DNA of 62,810 nucleotides, filler included, from Collodictyon triciliatum (taxonomy: Eukaryota), in assembly GCA_043381765.1 (NCBI GenBank). It is 14 parts of 14 records of this genome, joined end to end, with 100 filler letters (N's around TTAATTAATTAA, not from the genome) between each part and the next. Parts side by side here need not be neighbours in the genome. Positions count along the whole stretch, not along the records: positions 37,575 to 42,281 come from JBHJMP010005835.1; positions 42,382 to 47,085 come from JBHJMP010005836.1; positions 47,186 to 51,887 come from JBHJMP010005837.1; 11 more parts are not named here. One strand, 5' to 3'. How positions within the stretch are numbered: position 1 is the stretch's first letter; every line of letters begins with the position of its first letter. The translations under genes and the position numbers were made by a program. Below, piece after piece: positions 37,879 through 50,660 of this stretch. The notes beneath the pieces are model-generated. The model did no database searches. It saw only the letters and a program-made list of their open reading frames with translations, and was not told the DNA's origin.

Positions 37879-38264
37879 GTTATGGAGTACAGACTCGATT
37901 CATCCCTTAAGAATATTTGCAGGCCATTTCGCTGATGTTGATGTAATAACTCACAAGAGATAAATTGAATAGATTGATTTCCATAGCTTTTTGATTCGCA
38001 TAAGGGTGGATTCATTTCTTGGTGCTAAATTCTCATCTGGATTTTTTTCATACTAATGGTAGACCATACATATGTCTTGTCTTTGAATGATTCAGGTCGT
38101 CCGATTCCATCCTAATTGTAGCTATCTCGCCACTGGGAGCACAGATAAGTCAGTGAGGCTGTGGGACGTGCAGACCGGAAATTGTGTTCGGCTGATGACC
38201 GGCCACAAAGGTCCTGTTACATCGATGGTGTTTTCCTACGATGGCAGATACCTGATTTCTGCTG
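37879..38264 (+). CDS. TAF5: TAF5-like WD40 protein, internal exons (37879-37942, 38096-38264)
   Basis: LWSTDSIHPLRIFAGHFADVD|VVRFHPNCSYLATGSTDKSVRLWDVQTGNCVRLMTGH. Confidence 0.85.
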
Positions 38265-39195
38265 GTGAGTAATGTCACGACTTCTGTCTCAAGTGTTCCT
38301 TATATGTTATACAAGACGACAATAATATGAAAACAACCGGAAACGAAGTTCGAGAGCATGACACTTTATGTGAATGTCCCTAGTTTTCCTGTTGCGATTA
38401 TAGCATAAGTATTCTGAAGTCTTTATGATAGTAAAAGGGAAAAAAAAAAGAATATGTTCAAGACAAGATGTTGCCTTATTGACTCGTATTTACGTATAAC
38501 AAGAAGAATAATAAGAAGAATAAACATATATTANNNNNNNNNNNNNNNNNNNNNNNNNNNNNNNNNNNNNNNNNNNNNNNNNNNNNNNNNNNNNNNNNNN
38601 NNNNNNNNNNNNNNNNNNNNNNNNNNNNNNNNNNNNNNNNNNNNNNNNNNNNNNNNNNNNNNNNNNNNNNNNNNNNNNNNNNNNNNNNNNNNNNNNNNNN
38701 NNNNNNNNNNNNNNNNNNNNNNNNNNNNNNNNNNNNNNNNNNNNNNNNNNNNNNNNNNNNNNNNNNNNNNNNNNNNNNNNNNNNNNNNNNNNNNNNNNNN
38801 NNNNNNNNNNNNNNNNNNNNNNNNNNNNNNNNNNNNNNNNNNNNNNNNNNNNNNNNNNNNNNNNNNNNNNNNNNNNNNNNNNNNNNNNNNNNNNNNNNNN
38901 NNNNNNNNNNNNNNNNNNNNNNNNNNNNNNNNNNNNNNNNNNNNNNNNNNNNNNNNNNNNNNNNNNNNNNNNNNNNNNNNNNNNNNNNNNNNNNNNATCG
39001 CTGTCATCTGTCTGTTGCACCCAGATAGTTGGGCCTAGCATGATTTTATTTATTAAAAAAAGAAAAAGTAACAATCTCTATAAATCGAAATATAATGCTT
39101 CAATATTCATATATTTTCGTAAGGATTAAAAAAAAGCCCAAAATAAGAGAAATATTATGGTTGTAATAATAAAGCTGTGGTTGCATTATAGTTAC

Positions 39196-39980
39196 TTTCT
39201 TTGTTTACTTATGTGTTGATGTAAACCTGTATCATAGCACCATACATCGCTTAGAACCCTGCCTTGGAAGTCTGAACCTCCGTGGATGCAAAAGGAGTTT
39301 TCAATTACTGCGTTGTTGTGGTCAATTCTGGGTATCTAAAATTCATTTGAACAATCATACAAGAGTGAAAAAGAAGAGGAAACAAATTAACTAATACCAG
39401 TCGAATGAAGTCTGTGAAAAAAAAATAAACCATGAAATGAGGAAGTATATGTATCATATCATGCATAATTCTCCATTTTATCCACTCACGGGTGATTCGC
39501 CTATTTTCGTTGGAGACGATAATAATCTGCTTTTGATATCGTATTGAAAGACGGCGGTATAATCCTCAACCACTCCAGTTTTGATGGACAGCTATTATTT
39601 CAAAGGTCAAATCAATGTGTTCATTCTCACTATATGAGTGAAACGAGGATGGCATTCTCATAATTCTACAAATCATTCATTATTCCTGTGAAGGCTCATA
39701 CTCTAGACATGGACCAATATTAAGTATCACGGAGAAGGATATATGCTTACTTTCCCCCCAAAGAACCATGCAACATCGTTCACCACGGCTAAGGAAAACC
39801 CAAAGCGCTCAAAAATGTGCTGATTTCTTCTTAAGTTCGATTCGTAAGCCACATTTTCCCATACGAGCGTAACTGAAGATTCAAGGGGAAAAAAAAAAAG
39901 GAATTGGATATCATGGTGGGTAAAGTATGAACAAGCTCAGAAATACATCACAAAGCTTAAATATTTATTTATTTATTNNN

Positions 39981-40059
<79 letters not shown>

Positions 40060-42110
40060 TTCTAGGTATTTACTAAATAACAACTTACAGTCCATACTTC
40101 CACTAAAGACTGGAGATATATCCAATGTCCATAGCTTATCCAGTGACACCCCACCGAGCGATTTCCCACCAACAATATAGATTTTATTCTCATAAAAGAA
40201 GACACCACTTTTCGACCGCGGTGAAGGAGCATTTACTGAGTTCTTATGGTCAATTAACTTAATCCATGTTTTTGCCGCTATTTTGGAAAGACTATGTTAC
40301 TAATACATTAAATTATCATAGTATTATATTGTAGATTTTGATTCACGGATATTTTATTCATGCAGTAGACGAGAAAGAGATAGTTTGAGCTCAAATAAGA
40401 AAAAAATTACTTGTGTTAAATAGCCATGCATCGTTAGTTTCCAATTCATCTGGTGACAATACCAATCCTCCAAAAATGACGACTGACCCGTCACGCACCG
40501 ATGTGTAGCCAAAATCAGAGCGTTGCAACGGTCTCTTTACGGAAGTTGAACTAATCCACGACGATTGTTCTGGTTGATTCAAAAAGAAAATACGGTACGA
40601 TGAGTGACTAAATTTGCATGTATTCTTTTTCTTACTTTACCGTAGTGTCAATAAATTGAAAGAATAGAAAGAAATTGTCAATGAGGTTAATAAATTAACG
40701 GTACGTTACGGAAACTTTTTTTTATGAGCATTGGAGACATTTTCAGTTTTGCCATGAAAGAAGATAGATAACTTACCCAATGGAGACCATAAATACAAAC
40801 AAAAAAAGAAAATGCACTGACTGAAAACAATGTAAAGGTTACCTTTGTTGAAGCTCCATATCGAATTTATGGGCATCTCTGATTCGACCCCCATTCCTCC
40901 AAACACAACGACATTTGAACCCAATTCCATCATAGATGTCGAAAATGCTTGTGGGGGTGCTGTGGCGGGCAAATGTGGTAAGGCCGAGTAGTCCATCCTT
41001 TCAGTTAGTGTGTAGTTCCCGATTCCATCTGCAATGAAATAAATGTGGGTAATTTATTGTAAAGAAAAGATAAAGAAAATATTTGATTGAATAAATCTTT
41101 GATCAAAATCAATCAAAAGGAGGTGTATGCGTAGGTAAAATGCAAGAATATTTCGCATTTGAATTCAAGAGTTTCATACTTTCATTCTGTTGCATAAGTC
41201 TGATGATGAATTAATTTTTCCCTCAGAAATTATGTACAGTATGTCACATTCGATTCTTTTTGTTTCATTAAAGTAATTCAATACCCAGCTCCAAGACCAG
41301 CATGTCTCTCAGGGAAACTTGGTCTTGAATACCGCCGTATATAAAGATCCTGTTCCCTGATTGCACATAACCCATCTTCTGTCTTGGAAGGAGACAGTCG
41401 GATATCGTTTTGGATGCACACTTTAAGCATGAATCAGCCTTGATATCGGATGGTGAGTTGAACTTTTCTGTGTCTATGAGGTTTGGATTTTAATATGATT
41501 AGTATTCTTTTTATATATATATATATAAAAATGCGCATTACGTATAGTAAAAAAAAAATCCCTTCATATAGATAGGAAATGGACTATCGTTGAAAATTTC
41601 CACTCAGCATTTGGCATTTAGTAAAATAATCTTGTAGATAAAATCGCTACCAGGGCTGCCAAAGTATAACATATCAGTCTCCTGCGACCCGTCAAACCCT
41701 CCAAACAGAATCATATAGTTATCAACAAACCATGATATATGAAAGGACAGCTTTGGTGAAGCTTCCCAGCTTGCCTCGGTCCACACACCATTGACTGAGG
41801 ATAGTTGACAGAAGAAGAAAAAAGAGAGAGAAAAGGTATTGGAATACACAGGTGAATGTATTCAGTAGATATTTCATCGTTGAAACATCTAAATATATTA
41901 TTATAGCATGTAATTATTTTCATTTGTCTTTCCGTTAATTTCCTTTAATTTTCTAATTTGTTCCTTTTAGCGCATAATATTTAAAAATGAAAAAGAGCAA
42001 TTTCATCTTCCAATAACGGGTGTTGAAGATAATATAAAAATATATATAAACAGTAATACTGGTGTTGTAGATATTGATGGCAGATATGACGATTCCTTTG
42101 CTCTGGACAT
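39196..42110 (-). CDS. Multi-exon Kelch-repeat protein, boundaries approximate
   Basis: Successive exons with Kelch motifs MILFGGFDG, IFIYGG, VVVFGGMG..IWSF, VVIFGG..DAWLF, IYIVGG, WFFGG. Confidence 0.7.
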
Positions 42111-42381
42111 TGAGAAATTTGGCGGATATGAAATAGATGAGTTTTACCTTCTTTTTTTCTTTTTTTCTTTTTTCTTTTTTCTTTTTTCTTTTTTCTTTTT
42201 TTCTTTTTTTCTTTTTTCTTTTTTCTTTTTTCTTTTTTCTTTTTTCTTTTTTCTTTTTTCTTTTTTCTTTTTTCTTTTTTCNNNNNNNNNNNNNNNNNNN
42301 NNNNNNNNNNNNNNNNNNNNNNNNNTTAATTAATTAANNNNNNNNNNNNNNNNNNNNNNNNNNNNNNNNNNNNNNNNNNNN

Positions 42382-43785
42382 CAAGCATCTTGGTATCATA
42401 TTCGGTCCACAATCGGATAGCAAATGGACAAGCCTGGTTGAGGACATCAAGTCGAAAATATCAGTGTGGAGCAACTTTCATCTATCGGACGTGGGGAAAG
42501 TAAGGTTGTGGAACCAAGTGATGCTGTCGACCCTTATCTACAACATGAAAGGCACGTTGCTGAATCTCCAAAGGCTGAAGGAGCTGGAAGACATCTGCCG
42601 CAACTTCATCACTACGAATAATCAAAAATTAAAAAACTGGAAGCAAGTCCGCACACATCATCCACTCCCGAAACACCGCGCCCTACTTCTCAATATCTCC
42701 AACAGAGAGCTATGGATAGGTGCGCGCGTAGTCCATGCAGCAACGACCTCTCCAGAATGCACCATGCGCCAAGTTGAGACGACTCTATGGAACACACTTT
42801 TGTGAAGTGCTCTCTTGCTCAAAAAGTGACAGAATCGACCCACGAGATGCTCTCTGAGCTTGATTATGCTCCCAATCGACTCAGTGCGTCCGACATCCTG
42901 TTTGGCGCACAATACCAAATGACTCAAGACTCTAGAATACTCTGGACACTCACAAGGGGACATATGCTGTGGCCCTTATGGAGTGTGCGTGCATTCTTTC
43001 GCTCTTATGATTCACTCGAACCAGAAATCAATGTATCCAGGCTTGAAAGCCTCGTGCAATACAGCTTCCTGAGCAGCTTGCTGAAACATACCCGCATTCT
43101 TAGCTACTCTGACCGCAAATGAAGAGAGTTGTGGGAATGTGTTGTGCGATATCTCCCACAGCATAACCAACCCCTGCTACCCACGCAACCAATCAACCAG
43201 TGATGCGAGCTCATTTGCTATGGAATACGTGGATAGCACGCATATACTCACTCAAAGCAAGATTCAACAACCAGCCACCAATTCCTGATAACAGGCTGAA
43301 TGGCATTATACAAATCTCTTTCCTCAACAACTTCCTTCGCCACCTGCACGTTCTCTACTACTCAGATCCTGTGAGAAGAGACATGTGGAAAGAGGCTGAG
43401 AAAGATATTAAACCTCGCCTTGTATCCCTCTCATGCAAGCACAAGACACAGGCTACAGGCCAAACCGCGGGATGCAGTTCCTGATTACCGACTTCTCCAC
43501 CAACCGGCCAACAAGTAGCGCCCATGCAAACGAAGGGTTAGCGAACCAAAGCCAACATCTCCACCATCCTGCACAAAATTGAAAGGAAGAAAAATAAATA
43601 AATAAAAAAAAAAAAACAACGAGTGTGGACGCCCACCTGACCAACTCGCCATCACTGATGTCTTTCCAGTGGTTGCATCATCATGATAGTGTCTTCTCTT
43701 ACTCATGTTTGCTCTCTACCGTGCGCACATATCTCGCCCCGTTGTATGGCATAACCTCGCTGCACTTTGAATCGAATAAAGGAAA
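42382..43785 (+). mobile_element. LINE family A 3' part (RT C-terminus, zf-RVT, 3' UTR), interrupted by a family B copy
   Basis: KHLGIIFG..GKVRLWNQVMLS..EHTFVKC. Ends TTTGAATCGAATAAAGGAAAAA. Collinear with 49522-50075 once 43200-43615 is removed. Confidence 0.88.
43200..43615 (+). mobile_element. 5'-truncated LINE family B copy nested in family A
   Basis: Matches 23425-23565, ends in the family B tail with poly(A), and has an imperfect TSD CAACCAGTG/CAACGAGTG. Confidence 0.85.
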
Positions 43786-45013
43786 AATCAAAAATCAAAA
43801 ATCAAAAATCAAAAATCAAAAATCAAAAATCAAAAATCAAAAATCAAAAATCAAAAATCAAAAATCAAAAATCAAAAATCAAAAATCAAAAAGCAAAAAT
43901 CAAAAATCAAAAATCAAGAAAAAAATGCTTGAGCCCGTAGCATTCAAACCTCAGTAACCCTACTCGTGCGTGTGGAAGTGCAATAATGCGATACAAGATT
44001 CATTTAGGCATATGAAAGGTTGCAACCCCTTGTTTAATTTCCAGATATACATATTCCACATTGGTGCTCCACATCATCACCCTTTTTTGGATGCGATTCG
44101 TGTGGAACGATTTTGTGGCCCCTACTTAAATAGTTGCCGGTTCATATAGTGAAAAAAAAACCTTTAAGAAAAAGGAGAGAGACTATTTGACAACTTCTTA
44201 TGGGTGGTTTGCGGTGTGATGATATCGATCGATTGTGGGTTCCTTCTTTAAACGCACATCCTTTTGTATTGATTGGTCTTCTCTGTAGAAAATGAAGGTT
44301 ATTGTTTTTTTTTTCTATTTCTTTTTCCTTGCATCGCCCTTTTTTTTTCTTCTTTGGGATTCAGGTTGTGCGTCTGTGAATGGTGCCAAGCATATAGCAG
44401 AAGAATTCACAAGAGGGGCAGTTGCGTCTGTAACCAATTTTGCAATCAATCTGCTGCTTGTTTGCTTGCTTGCTTGATTCATTATTTTTTTTATTCACTA
44501 ATGTATTATTCTGCAGGTGAAGGAGAAATGAATTGGTTTAATTTTTTTTTTTTTTTTACACATATTGTAACAAAACAAACATGGGCCAGACAAGCCTTTT
44601 CATTTGCATAAAAAAAAGGGTTCATATTCAAATGAAGATGTTTGTTTGAATCATCCATCTTACAAAATCCATAGTATTTTCATTTCATCAAAAGCGGCCA
44701 TCAATGCTCCACGAGAGCTGTTATTGTATTATGTACCCTTACACATATTCAAGAAGCATCCATACGTACTCGATCACCTCACTCATACCTTTTTTTAATT
44801 GACCATTTCATTAGCACAAACACAATCAGAGGGGTTGAAATCGAAGCTGGATCAAATAAATGTGTTGTGACGGGATCAATAACTGTCCACATATTTTTTT
44901 GTCCCAATCGATTGTTCGAATATTTAAAGAGAAGGACCAATTTTCGCCTTTAATTTATGTCGCCACATTCAATGTTTCGATGAAAATGAAAGTTCGATTA
45001 TATATGAACAAAC

Positions 45014-45040
45014 TTCCTTTGAATCGAATAAAGGAAAAAA
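45014..45040 (+). mobile_element. 27-bp LINE-A tail insertion with 15-bp TSD
   Basis: TATATATGAACAAAC at 44999-45013 and 45041-45055 flanks TTCCTTTGAATCGAATAAAGGAAAAAA. Confidence 0.85.
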
Positions 45041-45450
45041 TATATATGAACAAACCCCAATTTCTCTAATTTGTTTTTCCTCCCACATGGTCACCCGCAT
45101 GAAAATCAACAGCCACAACAACTTAATTAAAACTATTTTATCTACAACATACCCTTCTGATATAATTGAATGTTATAATTTCATGAGGTTTGCTGCTTTG
45201 TGTGACAGACAGACAAAACAAAGAACAACTTCATTATTTGTGCTTAAATGTAACAACAAAAGCAAGAGTAAAAGCAAAGACAAACAATTACACCTAAAAA
45301 CTCTTGGCATGTTTTTTCACAAACACAGTGAAAAGTGCTAGTCTCTTTAACCCCTTCAAAAAAATATTCAAGATAATAACTAGGCTAAAGCCTCACTCGT
45401 ACAAGCACTCGGTGCACTGAATTCGAGCTGAGACACGACTATCTTAAAAT

Positions 45451-46784
45451 ATGGCTTCACTGCATTTACAGATGGCTACAACTAGCCCATCGCAAGGAAC
45501 ATCGGTAATGTCGTCCACTCAGCAGTCATTTCTCTTCAGTGAAGATAATATAGACGAACTGTTCTTAAAGCATCTCCTTTCAAGTGCGCATGACAGTTTT
45601 GATCTTTCTGATGCCGCCTGTATGGAATCAAGCGCGTTTCTTAGTCCTTCTGTCAATACTCATGGTTGGACCATCCTCCCACCTCAGAAGGTCCACCATC
45701 CACACCATTCCAACCGAGGTATGCCATTCACCATGAATGAATTCGAAGAAATGATCGAAACTGCTTTCCCTCTGGAAGATTCGAAGCGGGATAATACGCA
45801 ATCAAAACAAAACACAGCCCATGTTGAGGCTATGGTAGAATCTAAAGAATTTGTGGGTGATATGGACAACAGTTTTTGTGTGGAGCCAGCAAAGACTTCG
45901 GTGGAACCATGTGAAGGATTCGTTTTTCCTCAGGCGGATATCAGCAATGTCGAAGGAACGAAAGTCCAGAGAAAAAAGAAGCGTAAGATGGTGACACCCA
46001 ATTCTGCCAATAAGCAAGATTTTTATCAAACACATATAAACCCACAGAAAAGATATGTACCCAGAAGAGAAACACTGAATCCATTGGAAAAAAGGACTAT
46101 TGTCTGGTACAGTGTCACCAGTACCAACTTCAATCAAGTTCAGAACCAGTATATTAATTGCTGGGGAGAAGAAAGGTATATTTTTTTTTATCCTTTTGAA
46201 GTATTGATGATTCATTTACTATGAAAAGATGATTTCTTGTCTGTTCACCTTCCCGTGCGCCCTATTACAAAAAAAAAATCATTTTGAAAAATATAAAACG
46301 ATGGGGATAAAAAATAATAATTAATTATGCGACTTATAACTAGTCTTTATTTTCTAATCGTATTGTTGATTTATGTTGACCTCATAGCAATTTCTATATC
46401 ATATTTGTTTATACCCCTAACATTTTATTACTTGTTTTCATCAGCCCTGCAGTCCAGTCGAAGACAAGAATGACGATGTATGAAGGAAATTCACAGCCTC
46501 AAGGAGCTGCCAGCGTGCCTTCAAACAAACCGGAAGTTGTAGACAAAAGATCAGCAAACAAGTCTTTTGTGCGCTTCTCCTCATTTGTTCGCCACAGATA
46601 CCAAAGAATGTATCCTACCTATTCAAACAAAGACATCATGGGGTTGATAGCAAAAGCATGGCGCGAGTTAGATGATTCACAGAAAAGCTATTTTCGAAGT
46701 CCATCTTACTCCAAGCAACTCCATTTTGTTGACATGACTGCCAACGTGAACTCTGTTGCAATGAGGACTGACCAGCTTCAGTAA
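45451..46784 (+). CDS. HMG-box protein (2 exons: 45451-46175, 46445-46784; ~354 aa)
   Basis: In-frame GT-AG splice. C-terminal box KRSANKSFVRFSSFVRHRYQRMYPTYSNKDIMGLIAKAWRELDDSQKSYF. NLS-like RKKKRK. Confidence 0.8.
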
Positions 46785-47185
46785 AGAACGCGGTTGGCAT
46801 TCGTCCCACTCGGGATTGAAGTATGCTGGAAGTTTTTGAGAATAAGCACTGCTATTCATCTTCTTTCTTCCACATTTCATCATTTAAGAAAAATAATATA
46901 ATCGAAGCTGATGCTAAAAGTTGGGATAAATATGTCGTATCCATCCCTCGCTCGTTTTGGTTTATTAAAAACGAACAAACAAGCTCAGTCTAATTTTTTT
47001 TTTTTTGAAAAAATAATAAATTCATTGGCTGCCATCATGATGGAACAAAATAAAAACTTTTATATGAAGAGATAACCTGGAAAACNNNNNNNNNNNNNNN
47101 NNNNNNNNNNNNNNNNNNNNNNNNNNNNNTTAATTAATTAANNNNNNNNNNNNNNNNNNNNNNNNNNNNNNNNNNNNNNNNNNNN

Positions 47186-47380
47186 CCTCGCCTTGCCTCT
47201 CTCATGGGAGCACAAGACCCAAGCTACATGCTAAATCGCAGATGCAGCCCTGACTACGACTACTCCCCGGCCACCCGAAAACCGAGTAGCGTCCATGCAA
47301 ACAATGGCTAGAGAATCAAAGCAAATATATCTCCACCATCCTGCACAAAATTGAAAGAAATAATAATGATTAAAAAAAAG
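47186..47380 (+). mobile_element. LINE family B 3' end
   Basis: Aligns with 43414-43600. Confidence 0.8.
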
Positions 47381-47721
47381 AAACCTGTTCAATTTTTTTT
47401 CTGAAAGTATTGGTGTATAAAATTTTACAAATACGTACATATAAACTTAATTCCTCCAATCCATTTATTCATTTAAATAATATATCTTCAAATTTTTGTA
47501 CAACTATTGTCGATCCATTTACACAGTTATATATACACATGTATTCTGATGCTATCTCATATGATTATACATCAATATATTCTCCATATAATTATGTAAT
47601 ATGCGTCCTGATAAGACATTTTTGAGATGTTCGTGTTTTCTGTACACAACCAAATATGGAATATAAAACAACTTAATTGAAATTTGCTATTTGCTTATTA
47701 ATGCAGTCCATTTTTTATGAT

Positions 47722-47870
47722 TTTTTTCTTTCATTTGAATCAAAGTGCAGCGAGGTTATGCCATACAAAGGGGCGAGAAAGGTGCGCATGGTAGGGAGCA
47801 AACGCGAGTAGAAGACACTAACGCGGAGAGGCTATCACTGGAAAGAAATCAGTGATAGAGAGTTGGTCAG
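47722..47870 (-). mobile_element. 5'-truncated LINE family A 3' end
   Basis: Reverse complement aligns with 43638-43785. Imperfect TSD AGTCC(A/CC)TTTTTTATGAT. Confidence 0.82.
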
Positions 47871-48756
47871 AGTCCCCTTTTTTATGATAATATGAGGATT
47901 TATGTAGAGATGTATACCTTCGTGCGATAAATGACTTTATAATCTTATTAAATAACATATTATGAAGATATCCTTTGGTTTTTCAAGTGTACATCTCACA
48001 ACAGATCTTAATAAACTATTTTTTTTCAGTTATGTTTGCAGGTGTTAAAGACGTATCTGGAATTCAAAATATAACTAATTTAAATTTACATTCTACTAAT
48101 ATTAACCAGTTTTTTGATATAATGACGTGTACATGAATGTTATATTTAATCATTTCTTAGCATCAGCATATTCATATCTTTATTTAATAACATCTTGTTA
48201 ATATGTATATGTTTTATTACAGCATTTCTAGCAAGATAATATCACCAAAGAATGATTTCCGTTACATTTTTACCGTTATGAAGTGCACGTCTAGAGTTTA
48301 TATATTTTAAATAACTAGTATATATTTAACTTAACCGCTCGTGTCTAATGGAAAGCGCAACTCGTGATACATCGAAACGCTTTGCAATTTTCAGCCAGTT
48401 CTCATAGTTTATATAATAGTATAGAGAAATTCTGACTTTCACGCAAGTCCAGCAAGTCCCTAGCGACACTGCGTAAGAAAGACTCCTGCGATTCTGTCTG
48501 ATGGAAAATTATTCTTGTACAACTAGGAAAGAAAAAATATGAAAAATTATTCTTTTACGTTATGAAAAATTGCCTACAGGCTCAGATGTATTCCCTTCCT
48601 CGTTGAAAGTGAACATACTTTGGTAAGAGTCTATTCCAAGATCACTGACCGGACAGCGAAATGCCTTTACAAATTCGACTTTCATATCGCAGAAAACACC
48701 CGAAAAAAAAACATCTGCGGCTTTTTCAGGTATCCTTGAATAATCATTATAATCAT

Positions 48757-48886
<130 letters not shown>

Positions 48887-49409
48887 GCAACACAAAACGT
48901 AAAACAAAAAAAGAAAAACAACTCTATTCAAAATTTACATCGTTGGTAGAACCTTCCCCAAGGACTCTGGCGAAAACTATCCGCCAGTCGCAAATAATTT
49001 TCCAAAAAAAAATTCCGCAAAAAAAAAAAATACAACCGTCAAGCAAACAAGCAAGTAATCAGAAACTATTCAAGGAACCCTAACCCGAAAAAAAAGAATC
49101 CTCGAGGCTTACAGCTTGAGTGTGAATACAACAACAGCGAAGATGAATTGGATGGAAATATCTGTTCATATTTATATTTAAGCTCTTTTATCGCTTCTCA
49201 ACAAGCCGGTACATCACAACATACAAGAGTAGCTCAACTTGAAATCTTTAAATAAAGCTTCCCTTAAACTAAATATTCATACTGATATGATATTAGTTAA
49301 AATAGATGCTTTCAAGATATATTTATCAACTGTTCTAAATCATAACGTATACAATAATATACAATCATTAAATCAAACTATATCCGGTACTGAATTGTCA
49401 TTATCATTG

Positions 49410-49440
<31 letters not shown>

Positions 49441-49521
49441 CATTATCATTATCATTATCATTATCATTATCATTATCATTATCATTATCATTATAATATG
49501 CATCTATAAGGTTTATATATC

Positions 49522-50075
49522 TGGTCTCAAAAAGTGACAGAATCTGTCTACAAGATGCTCTCTGAGCTTGATTATGCTTTTGACCGACTTATCGCGTCCG
49601 ACATCCTGTTTGGCGCACAATACCAAATGACCCACGACTCTAGAATACTCTGGACAGTCACAAGGAGACATATGCTGTGGCCCTTATGGAGTGCGTGCGC
49701 ATTCTCTCGCTCTAATGAGTCACCCGAACGAGAAATCAATGTTTCCAGGCTGGAAAGCCTCGTGTAATACAGCTTCCTGAACAGCTTGCTGAAACACGCG
49801 CGCATTATTCGCTACTCTGATCATAAGCATAGAGAGACGTGGGAATGTGTTGTGCGATATATCTTACAGCATATACAACCTATGCTATCCACACGATCAA
49901 TCAACCCGTTGAGTCGCCATCCTGACCAACTCGCTATCACTGATTTCTTTCCGGTGCTAGCCTCTCCACGGTAGCGTCTTTTCTTACTCGTGTTTGTCTC
50001 TACCATGTGCACATATCTTGCCCATTTGTATGGAATAACCTCACTGCACATTGAATCGAATAAAGGGAAAAAGGG
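49522..50075 (+). mobile_element. 5'-truncated LINE family A copy
   Basis: Aligns with 42813-43199 plus 43620-43785. Ends TTGAATCGAATAAAGGGAAAAAAG. Confidence 0.88.
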
Positions 50076-50079
50076 TTAT

Positions 50080-50660
50080 ATATGGAGATATTCGTACCCA
50101 GATATATCATATATTATACGCGTAAATGAATCTCCTTACTCATTACATGATGCGATTATGTACCCATTGACATAGTATCATTTATAATGACAAATCTGGA
50201 TATGATACTCTATTTTATTGTTGGTTTTTGTATCAGCTACAAAATGGTATATTTGATATCTCTATAAGTTTGTTATATCTGGAGATATTGATATTTAAGT
50301 ATCACCCTAACCCTAGATTCGACAATACATCTCCAACTCATTAAATAATTCAATTTTAGACCCATTGCTAGAGCATCTTTAAAAACCACAAATCTGGATA
50401 TGATACCATATTTTTATAGACCTGCATATCAGATACAAATTGATATATTGGATGTCTCCTTAGTGTTCCTACATGTGGAGATATTGGTATTTAAATATCA
50501 CCTAAAAAATATCAGATGCATCTCCCTACTGATTACATGGTGCTATTTTGGACCAATTGTCAGCGCATCATTATAAATGACAAATCTGGATATTAAAATA
50601 AAATTTTAATTAATATCTGTATCAGTTACAAAAAAGTATATTTCATGGTCCTATAGAGAT
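50080..50660. repeat. Diverged ~195-bp tandem repeat, ~3 units
   Basis: ACAAATCTGGATAT recurs at ~50190, ~50388 and ~50580. TGGAGATATT recurs at ~50083, ~50280 and ~50476. Confidence 0.7.
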
